Source: a virus | DNA length: 5,638 bases | Virus record (IMG/VR): IMGVR_UViG_3300045988_003045 | Location: 1 to 5,638 of that record | Reading direction: 5' to 3' (one strand) | In this document: one piece after another, positions 1-5,103 of the stretch | How the letters are laid out: every line of letters begins with the position of its first letter | How positions within the stretch are numbered: position 1 is the stretch's first letter | The notes under the pieces: model-generated | What the model was told of the DNA's origin: nothing | Databases searched by the model: none | What the model saw: the letters and a program-made list of their open reading frames with translations, nothing else | Position numbers and translations under genes: made by a program

Positions 1-141
1 CCCATACTTTTTCCGGCTCTACGCTGTCGAATCTGCCCGTTTCATCGTCGAAGTCTGCGATATGGTAGCCCTTGTAGTCTTCGGGTGACTGGCCCAGGAA
101 CGTTTTCTCGTCCTTTGCCATGATATTGCACATTCGTTCAA
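1..141. repeat. Terminal direct repeat, copy A (identical to 5498-5638); circularisation overlap of a 5,497-nt circular genome
   Basis: Base-by-base comparison shows 1-141 equals 5498-5638 with no mismatch. The identity ends exactly at both window ends. Confidence 0.97.
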
Positions 142-223
142 AGGTTTTATCGCTCTTGCTTTCTCCGATGTAGCAGTAGTACTTTGCTACGCTGTCGTAG
201 ATGCCATAGTATCCGTGTTTCAT
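1..223 (-). CDS. Hypothetical protein, 80 aa: 5' part (74 codons plus 1 nt) of an ORF that continues across the circular junction into 5497-5478
   Basis: ATG at 223-221 is preceded by AAGGAG with a 7-nt spacer (minus strand CTGTAAAGGAGAAAAACATG). The in-frame upstream stop is TGA at 322-320. Manual translation: MKHGYYGIYDSVAKYYCYIGESKSDKTFERMCNIMAKDEKTFLGQSPEDYKGYHIADFDDETGRFDSVEPEKVWEGKPHE. The reading frame stays open to position 1 and, on the circle, ends at TAA 5480-5478 (243 nt in total). I recognise no family. Confidence 0.55.
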   Translation of the reverse strand, partial: MKHGYYGIYDSVAKYYCYIGESKSDKTFERMCNIMAKDEKTFLGQSPEDYKGYHIADFDDETGRFDSVEPEKVW

Positions 224-319
224 GTTTTTCTCCTTTACAGTCTGATGCCGCCCCGCATGGGTTTCTGGCTGAGGTTGATACTCTTTGTCTTGCGTGCCGT
301 GACGTTGAACATCCGCTTG

Positions 320-562
320 TCAGTGCGTGCCGGCATCCTCTGTCTGTGCTTCATGTGTGTACTCCCTTCTGAGTAGTTCTAGCTCGATGTTGTTGGCCCA
401 TTTCTTCATAGTCCAGATTTGGTCAATGATTTTTTTTGCGTCTTCTGAGTTAGATACTTTTTTTATCATTTTGTATCCAGCTTCTATCTGCTTGTATAGC
501 CTTTCGGCTTCTAGCCTGAGATCTTCTTCGGTCTGGTCTCGTACGTTCCATGTTTTGCGCAT
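320..562 (-). CDS. Hypothetical small protein, 80 aa, charged and predicted helical
   Basis: ORF track entry on the same strand as all supported genes, fitting the compact gene spacing. The first in-frame ATG follows a TAA at 568-566. The SD is only weak (GAGA about 8 nt upstream). Composition is protein-like (MRKTWNVRDQTEEDLRLEAERLYKQIEAGYKMIKK...). I recognise no motif. Confidence 0.55.
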   Translation of the reverse strand: MRKTWNVRDQTEEDLRLEAERLYKQIEAGYKMIKKVSNSEDAKKIIDQIWTMKKWANNIELELLRREYTHEAQTEDAGTH

Positions 563-657
563 TAGTTATTTCTCGCTTTCTATATTTGAATAAATAAGTT
601 AATTTCTGTTTTTGTCAGGGTCGGTCTCTTGCTTTGTACAGTCTGGTCATTCTGGTT

Positions 658-762
658 TTACTCCTTTTCCTTTAGGATGTGGTAAATCTCGTCGAGCTTC
701 TCTAGAACTTTTTTAATCATCTGGATTGCTTCCTTCAGGTCTTTGACTTTAATCAGTGCCAT
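658..762 (-). CDS. Hypothetical 34-aa microprotein with a continuous 3-4 hydrophobic heptad pattern (coiled-coil-like)
   Basis: Below the ORF-track size cutoff, found by manual translation: MALIKVKDLKEAIQMIKKVLEKLDEIYHILKEKE, stop TAA 660-658. ATG 762-760 lies 2 nt after the peptidase stop and about 8 nt downstream of AAGGGGGTG, an SD embedded in the last peptidase codons. Hydrophobic residues fall at positions 6, 9, 13, 16, 20, 23, 27 and 30. Confidence 0.4.
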   Translation of the reverse strand: MALIKVKDLKEAIQMIKKVLEKLDEIYHILKEKE

Positions 763-764
763 TT

Positions 765-1148
765 TTACACCCCCTTTCTGTATCTCTCTTCACGCACATC
801 CACGTGCACGAAATTTGCGTATCTGATTACGCCGCCTTGCTCCATGATGCTATCTGCGTATTTTGCGACTTCTTGATTGCTGTGTCCTTTTACTACGATA
901 TCTGCCGCCATCCCTTTGCAGTGGTAGGAGTTTGGCGTTCCGCCGACCTTGCTGTTCCAGTTCGGCGTACGGTATCCGCTGTTGATGATCACTGGTGCGT
1001 CAAAGTGGTTTCTGATTGTTTCCAAGACTGCGAGTAGCTCAGGTGCCCACAAAAATTCTTTTGTTTTGTCTTTGCATCTAAACTCTTCTGCTTTGAAGTG
1101 TTGCGTTAATCGGTCGTTGTTTGTCTGGTTTAAGATTTCTGTACTCAT
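765..1148 (-). CDS. Zn-dependent peptidase M15 family (VanY / Peptidase_M15_3-like cell-wall hydrolase), 127 aa; candidate lysis or wall-remodelling enzyme
   Basis: The translated ORF contains SYHCKGMAAD (H-x6-D) and FVHVD, the His/Asp/His zinc-ligand pattern of M15/LAS-fold peptidases, plus the N-terminal FKAEEFRC element common in that family. I place the start at ATG 1148, which has GAGGTGG (1160-1154) 5 nt upstream. The track's longer 153-aa form starting at 1226 has no SD and runs into the promoter region. Confidence 0.85.
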   Translation of the reverse strand: MSTEILNQTNNDRLTQHFKAEEFRCKDKTKEFLWAPELLAVLETIRNHFDAPVIINSGYRTPNWNSKVGGTPNSYHCKGMAADIVVKGHSNQEVAKYADSIMEQGGVIRYANFVHVDVREERYRKGV

Positions 1149-1167
1149 TTTTACCACCTCTAGTTTT

Positions 1168-1196
1168 TTTTTATCATGCCCGGCTTGATAAGTCAA
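1168..1196 (-). promoter_or_regulatory. Candidate sigma70/sigmaA-type promoter for the peptidase and downstream genes
   Basis: The minus strand reads TTGACT (1196-1191), a 17-nt spacer ending in TGA (extended -10 TGn), then TAAAAA (1173-1168). The predicted start near 1161 lies just upstream of the peptidase SD. This is a motif match only. The -35 element sits inside a small palindrome, CTTGA-TAAG-TCAAG (1184-1197). Confidence 0.35.
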
Positions 1197-1246
1197 GGGT
1201 TTTTGAAAAAAACTTTTGACGTTCAAGTCGGGTGCCCGCGGCAGGC

Positions 1247-1414
1247 GTTTTCAACATTTTCCACATAGTTTTCAACATTTCAACATTGTTAAACTTTAGC
1301 ACAATAGAGTGTTTCAACAATTCAACAAGTTTTCAACAAATCTTTCAACATTCTTTTCAGCTGTTTTCTTACGTTTTATCGTTATAAAATAGTGGTTTTC
1401 AACTTTTCCACATA
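1247..1414. repeat. Array of TTCAACA heptamers (7 exact plus 1 partial) bracketed by a duplicated 20/21-mer GTTTTCAAC(A)TTTTCCACATA
   Basis: Exact TTCAACA occurs at 1250, 1271, 1279, 1313, 1321, 1332 and 1344, with TTCAAC at 1398. Tandem dimers TTCAACAWTTCAACA occur at 1271-1285 and 1313-1327, 42 nt apart. The long repeat lies at 1247-1267 and 1395-1414 with a 1-nt deletion. Each long copy contains TTTTCCACA (1257-1265 and 1404-1412). Confidence 0.9.
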
Positions 1415-1448
1415 CTCTACTACTACGACTACAACAAGTTATATTATA

Positions 1449-1498
1449 ATACGTGCGCACGCGTGCGCGTGTACTTTTCGCGTGTACGTGTGTGCGCG
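1449..1498. repeat. GC-rich island of alternating purine/pyrimidine with nested palindromes
   Basis: 1449-1474 (26 nt) and 1479-1498 (20 nt) alternate R/Y perfectly and are separated only by TTTT. The island contains the 14-bp perfect palindrome GCGCACGCGTGCGC (1455-1468), the palindrome GTGCGCAC (1453-1460), and a CGCGTGTAC direct repeat (1466-1474 and 1479-1487). The flanks are strongly AT-rich. Confidence 0.85.
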
Positions 1499-1501
1499 AT
1501 T

Positions 1502-1542
1502 AGAATAATAATGCCCAGTACCTTACTTGATAGGTACTGGGC
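1502..1542 (-). terminator. Perfect 11-bp stem / 8-nt loop hairpin 13 nt downstream of the rep stop, followed by a U-rich tail; candidate intrinsic terminator and/or ssDNA replication signal
   Basis: GCCCAGTACCT (1513-1523) and AGGTACTGGGC (1532-1542) are exact reverse complements, with loop 1524-1531. On the minus strand the hairpin is followed by ATTATTATTCT (1512-1502). Confidence 0.5.
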
Positions 1543-1555
1543 TAGGTGACACCGA

Positions 1556-2575
1556 TTATAAAATACCACGCTTTTTCGTTTGTTTTTTGGTGACACGTTC
1601 TTTGGTTTCTAAGACTGTCTTGTAATCTTGACCTTCTAACTGTAGTCTCTTCTGCTCCATTGCGTTTTTTTGTCTGTTCTGTTTGATTCTCCATAGCCTT
1701 TCCGGGTTTTCTGCTTCCATCTGCTTTTCATAGTATCTTGGAATCTGCGCTTGTTTTCCGTTGGTGCATTGAATGTACCCTTGCCGCCAGATTTCTGCTT
1801 TGTGTTCTTGATAGTAGTGATCGCCGAGGCCCGGCTTTAAGCTCATGCAGGCGAAAGGTTTTGTTTGCCCTAACTCGTAGTACGCATTGGCTTTCTTTCC
1901 GTCTATCTCGTACATTTTTTTTGTAACGTATCCTGCAACATATCTATAGGTTTCTGGAACTGCCTGTGCTATCTGTATCTGACCCATGCCCCATAGGCTT
2001 GCTAACCATTCGCTGGTATAGTATCCGTTGTGGTGTATCTTGTATAGATTTTTTAGGTCTGTCGGTTCCCAACCATATAGTATCATGTGATAGTGTGGCC
2101 TTGCTGTTTGCTCTCCGTATTCACCCGCTATAAAATAGCGTAATTTGCCCCTGTAAGCCTTTCTGAGACGCTTTAAGAATTTTTGAATATCTTCATACAG
2201 TAGAATTTGGACGCTTTCTGGGCGCTTCTCTCCCGGCTTCCACGTGTATTGCACCTTTCGCATGATTTCACCTGTTTTTACTATCATGCCCGGTACATGG
2301 TCATCGTCATAAGTCAGCGTGATAAACCAGACTTTCTCTTTCGGATAATCTCGTGCTTCTAGCTCGATGCGTGTTGTCCAGTCCTCTCGCTGTCTGATTC
2401 TGCATCCGATGCACTGCCCGCATGGTATCAACATAACTTTCGGATTATACATTAAATCTTCATATTTTAGCTGTTTTCCGCTTAACTGAGAAAAGCGGGC
2501 GAGTGAATATACCCGCCCGCTCACTTCCTTGTTGTTCGGGTTGTACAGCCTAATTAGTGGCTTGTAACAACTCAT
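1556..2575 (-). CDS. VP4: Replication initiation protein (HUH rolling-circle endonuclease; Microviridae VP4 / phiX174 protein A family), 339 aa
   Basis: RCR motifs are present in order: FITLTY (motif I), [10 protein letters not shown] (HUH, motif II) and [11 protein letters not shown] (motif III). Motif III has the Y-x-x-x-Y catalytic tyrosine pair arranged as in phiX174 protein A. An N-terminal Cys cluster, CGQCIGC, is also present. GGAGGA lies 9 nt upstream of the ATG. The ATG overlaps the VP2 stop (ATGA at 2575-2572). Confidence 0.93.
   Translation of the reverse strand: MSCYKPLIRLYNPNNKEVSGRVYSLARFSQLSGKQLKYEDLMYNPKVMLIPCGQCIGCRIRQREDWTTRIELEARDYPKEKVWFITLTYDDDHVPGMIVKTGEIMRKVQYTWKPGEKRPESVQILLYEDIQKFLKRLRKAYRGKLRYFIAGEYGEQTARPHYHMILYGWEPTDLKNLYKIHHNGYYTSEWLASLWGMGQIQIAQAVPETYRYVAGYVTKKMYEIDGKKANAYYELGQTKPFACMSLKPGLGDHYYQEHKAEIWRQGYIQCTNGKQAQIPRYYEKQMEAENPERLWRIKQNRQKNAMEQKRLQLEGQDYKTVLETKERVTKKQTKKRGIL
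2489..2520 (-). other. Terminator-like hairpin plus T-tract on the sense strand inside rep codons 19-29
   Basis: The minus strand reads GCGGGCGGGT-ATATTC-ACTCGCCCGC, a 10-bp stem with one G.U(T) pair and a 6-nt loop (2520-2495), followed directly by TTTTCT (2494-2489). On the opposite strand the same position is an A.C mismatch, so the structure is better on the coding/virion-sense strand. Confidence 0.4.
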
Positions 2576-3387
2576 TTTTTTCTTCCTCCGCCTGTATGGA
2601 AGTTTCCTCCGCCCGCTTTAAACGGTACGGTTTTTTCTGTATTTTCCATCTGTTTATAGGTTTTGAGTAGATCTTCTGTTAGCTGTACCGGACTGCTATA
2701 GCCCGTGCTCATTTGACTTCCCACGGCTTCTGCCAGCTGGTACCACTGCGACTTACTTTCACTTCGGCTGAAATAACTGTTTGGCACGTTGCCGCTTAGC
2801 GCAGATACTCCCAGCGCGCTTGATGCTGGCATTCCCATGCTTGCGCCTGTGATTGTTGCGCCTGAACCTCCCGGTGTGCTTGCGCCGCCCTGTGCGTATG
2901 CTAAAATCGGGTTTAGTCCGGCTTTTCGCATATCTTCTACTGCTCTTTGGTATGCTGTATTGCTCATACGTTCTTGGAACTGTCTGTTTGCCAGTGCTTC
3001 GGCGCTGTTGTACTGCATTGCGGCATTATTTTCGATGTGGTTATAAATGCCCTGTTGGATTGCTGACAACGTGTTGTAGCCCATCTGCATGAGCATGTTT
3101 TGACGGTTTGTTTTACTTTGGAAAGCGTTTTGTCCGCCTTGCCACTGGTAGTATTTGTTGAGATAGTCCATGATTTGCTTGTCGTTTGTTCCGCCTGCGC
3201 TCATGGATGTGCTTTGTCCCCCGCCTTGGCTCTGGCTGAAGTTGCTTCCTTGGCTTTGGTTTTCGCTTTTCTGTCCAAAGTAGCTTGATAGCCCTTTGCC
3301 GATCAGTGACATTCCTGTGGTTACGACTTCTGGATGACTTGCAAGCCACGTGCCTGCGCTTGATAGCATTGCTCCTAATCCTGCCAT
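2572..3387 (-). CDS. VP2: Minor capsid / DNA pilot protein (Microviridae VP2, phiX174 H analogue), 271 aa
   Basis: It lies immediately downstream of the major capsid gene. It has a Gly/Ala-rich N-terminus, a low-complexity Gly/Ser/Gln region, and the conserved segment [22 protein letters not shown] that I recognise from gokushovirus-type VP2 proteins. Start-codon choice (3387 versus 3369) is uncertain; see the finding on the SD-hairpin arrangement. Confidence 0.85.
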   Translation of the reverse strand: MAGLGAMLSSAGTWLASHPEVVTTGMSLIGKGLSSYFGQKSENQSQGSNFSQSQGGGQSTSMSAGGTNDKQIMDYLNKYYQWQGGQNAFQSKTNRQNMLMQMGYNTLSAIQQGIYNHIENNAAMQYNSAEALANRQFQERMSNTAYQRAVEDMRKAGLNPILAYAQGGASTPGGSGATITGASMGMPASSALGVSALSGNVPNSYFSRSESKSQWYQLAEAVGSQMSTGYSSPVQLTEDLLKTYKQMENTEKTVPFKAGGGNFHTGGGRKK

Positions 3388-3390
3388 TAT

Positions 3391-3415
3391 AAAACAGCCC
3401 GGATTTCTCCGGGCT
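3391..3415 (-). terminator. Hairpin plus T-tract between VP1 and VP2; candidate leaky intrinsic terminator or attenuator
   Basis: The minus strand reads AGCCCGG-AGAAAT-CCGGGCT, a 7-bp perfect stem (3415-3396), followed by GTTTTATA and then the VP2 ATG. It starts 11 nt after the VP1 stop codon (TAA 3429-3427). Confidence 0.5.
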
Positions 3416-3426
3416 TCCTCCTTTCT

Positions 3427-5103
3427 TTACAGTTTTTCCAGGCCCGGTACACTGTACAGCGGCATACAACGAGTGGTTTTGTTCATTACTCGGATTGCTC
3501 CGAAGAACTGGGGTTCGTTCTGAACAATCAAAGTTCGTGCAATTTCGGTTTTGCCCTCGTTCATCCACTCTTGGCTCAGTGTCGGCACGGTTTCGTAGTT
3601 GTCCGCATAGTGCCAGTAGTCCAGCGTGCCTTCCGCATTACTCCGCATTTTTCCGCTGATTCTGTTCGGTTTCATACGGTAGTCTGCCCATGCTTCCTGA
3701 TAGCCGAATGTTTCATCGTCCGTTGCTGTACCGGTGAGCATGATTTCTTTTTTCTTGACAGGCTGTTCGCCCAGATTTGCGAACTGAGGGAAATAGTAGT
3801 CGAGACGGTCGCTTCTGCTCCAGAATCGTTCAAGGCCCTGCTGATAGCTTCTGTCGTGTCTTACGCATAGTACACCTATGATAAAGCCGTGTTCCTCAAA
3901 AGATTTTGTGAAACTGCTTTCGTTGATAGGTGTTACGGACATTGCACCGGTTTCACCTATGGGCGTATCGTTATCTGCCTGCTGTCCGCTGGTCTGCACG
4001 ATCTGATTGATGTTCACGTGATAGCGTCCACCACCCAGATACTCCGGCACCTGTACAGTTTTGTCGCTGATGCTTACGCCGAATAGTGCCCTTACTTGCT
4101 CACGGTATCTGCTACCGCCTCTTGCCATCGCTTCGTAGTAGTGTTGCACTGCAAAGGCTTGCCGGAGCTGGTTGACGGTTGCGGCTTCAATGTTGCTGAG
4201 GTTTGCCCCGAGATATCCGTTTTTTACTCCGTCATTGAATGCCATTGACGGAATATCTTCTCCCGGTGTAGGCATGCTTGTTGCATTGAAGTTTGTCCCG
4301 TATTCATGATGCAGTTCTTCTGTCAGTTTTTCGCTTGTGAACGTTGTTACAGGTGCATTCCCCGTCAGTGCAATTGTGACTTCCGGCCCGCGCTGAGGAT
4401 ACGGCAGACAGCTTGTGAAATAATCGTGGAATTTCGAGACCGGCAGACATGGCCCGCCTGTGTATGCGTCTATGTATTCTTTTCCGGCTTGTTCATTTAC
4501 GTATCCGTTGTCTCCTCTGTCGAAATATTTTACTCCCTCATCTCCTTTTTGATACCATGCCGGATTGTCTGTATTTTGGTCTCTGAAGAATTCGTTCCAG
4601 ATTTTGATATATGCTCTTACCGGTAGTGCATTGATTTCAATATCGTTTTTGCTCTCTTTTTCGTTTAGGTGTGTCGGCACTCCCATGTAGTCCAGGATGC
4701 TTTGTGTTTTTGGCCCTTTGTATGCATCTGGCTGGTTTTCTGCGCTTGGATTTCCCACAATTTTGATTTTTGGTACACTGTACGTTTTTGCAGGCATCCA
4801 TGGTTCTTCGTCTGCTTCACCCATGAATTTCTTGAAGTTATCCCACAGTATTCTGTTTGGACAGAAGAAATAATAGAAATCGATGTATGCATCGTCCATT
4901 ACCGGGTATTTTGGTGTGGTCATTCGGATAATTGCCGCTGTGTTCACGCTGAAAGTATCGCCCGGCAGTACTTCGTCTACATAGAACGGAATCAGCTTGC
5001 CTGCATCGAAAGTCGTGAGAATGTTTTGATCTCGGGTAAAGCGCGTTCTGCTCACGTGCGTTTCCGGTACCTGGTTGAAGTGTCTCTCATTATTCCGGTT
5101 CAT
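3427..5103 (-). CDS. VP1: Major capsid protein (Microviridae F / VP1 family), 558 aa
   Basis: This is the largest ORF. The N-terminal region RHFNQVPETHVSRTRFTRDQNILTTFDAGKLIPFYVDEVLPGDTF matches the conserved N-terminal pattern of Microviridae major capsid proteins, and the size is typical of gokushovirus-like VP1. I place the start at ATG 5103, with GGAGG (5114-5110) 6 nt upstream. The track's 580-aa form from 5169 lacks an SD. Confidence 0.95.
   Translation of the reverse strand: MNRNNERHFNQVPETHVSRTRFTRDQNILTTFDAGKLIPFYVDEVLPGDTFSVNTAAIIRMTTPKYPVMDDAYIDFYYFFCPNRILWDNFKKFMGEADEEPWMPAKTYSVPKIKIVGNPSAENQPDAYKGPKTQSILDYMGVPTHLNEKESKNDIEINALPVRAYIKIWNEFFRDQNTDNPAWYQKGDEGVKYFDRGDNGYVNEQAGKEYIDAYTGGPCLPVSKFHDYFTSCLPYPQRGPEVTIALTGNAPVTTFTSEKLTEELHHEYGTNFNATSMPTPGEDIPSMAFNDGVKNGYLGANLSNIEAATVNQLRQAFAVQHYYEAMARGGSRYREQVRALFGVSISDKTVQVPEYLGGGRYHVNINQIVQTSGQQADNDTPIGETGAMSVTPINESSFTKSFEEHGFIIGVLCVRHDRSYQQGLERFWSRSDRLDYYFPQFANLGEQPVKKKEIMLTGTATDDETFGYQEAWADYRMKPNRISGKMRSNAEGTLDYWHYADNYETVPTLSQEWMNEGKTEIARTLIVQNEPQFFGAIRVMNKTTRCMPLYSVPGLEKL

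Noticed and set aside
615-650. 11-codon basic micro-ORF (MTRLYKARDRP) with AAGGAG 10 nt upstream
   Set aside because: The SD is simply the last codons (AAG GAG) of the 34-aa ORF. Eleven residues is shorter than any known J-type packaging protein, and there is nothing else to support it. It is worth rechecking only if it is conserved in relatives.
563-657. Possible promoter in the AT-rich spacer upstream of the 320-562 ORF (CTGACA ... ATTTAT)
   Set aside because: The -10 candidate matches only 3 of 6 positions, and alternative pairings have the wrong spacing. This is not supportable from sequence alone.
1149-1226. 26-codon N-terminal extension of the peptidase ORF (track start at 1226, 153 aa)
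   Set aside because: There is no SD before ATG 1226. The extension overlaps the predicted promoter and the small palindrome. The internal ATG 1148 has GAGGTGG at ideal spacing, and the conserved peptidase N-terminal element begins soon after it.
1174-1278. 34-aa minus-strand ORF (MLKTMWKMLKTPAAG...) within the non-coding region
   Set aside because: It is generated by reading through the TTCAACA repeats (the repeated MLKT), has no SD, and ends inside the predicted promoter. It is most likely a by-product of the repeat array.
1247-1414. Possibility that the repeat array is a CRISPR array or a minisatellite
   Set aside because: The repeat units are only 7-9 nt, with irregular spacing of 8-54 nt. 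There are no 24-48 nt repeats with unique spacers and no cas genes. The element sits in a phage non-coding control region.
1431-1461. dif-like XerC/XerD recombination site, which some gokushoviruses use for chromosomal integration: GTGCGCA followed by an AT-rich spacer
   Set aside because: Aligned against E. coli dif (GGTGCGCATAATGTATATTATGTTAAAT), only 7 of 11 positions of the XerC arm and about 4 of 11 of the normally best-conserved XerD arm match. There is no good match to the Bacillus-type dif either. No integrase or other lysogeny gene is present.
1525-1532. ACTTGATA in the hairpin loop matches 8 nt of the phiX174 origin core (CAACTTGATATTAATAAC)
   Set aside because: The match is on the window plus strand, the complement of the gene-sense (virion-sense) strand that Rep would be expected to nick. 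The flanking origin sequence is not matched. CTTGATA or TTGATAG recurs at 1184, 1807, 3284 and 3923, mostly inside coding sequence, so a chance match is likely.
3113-3568. 151-aa minus-strand ORF spanning the VP1 3' end, the intergenic hairpin and the VP2 5' region
   Set aside because: It runs through a stop codon, SD, hairpin and start codon of two well-supported genes in another frame. Its Arg/Lys-rich low-complexity C-terminal half is the frame-shifted reading of the VP2 Gly/Ser/Gln region. No SD is present.
4665-4892. 75-aa minus-strand ORF embedded in VP1 in an alternative frame
   Set aside because: It has no SD and no recognisable features, and its size is within chance expectation for an alternative frame of a 1.7-kb gene.
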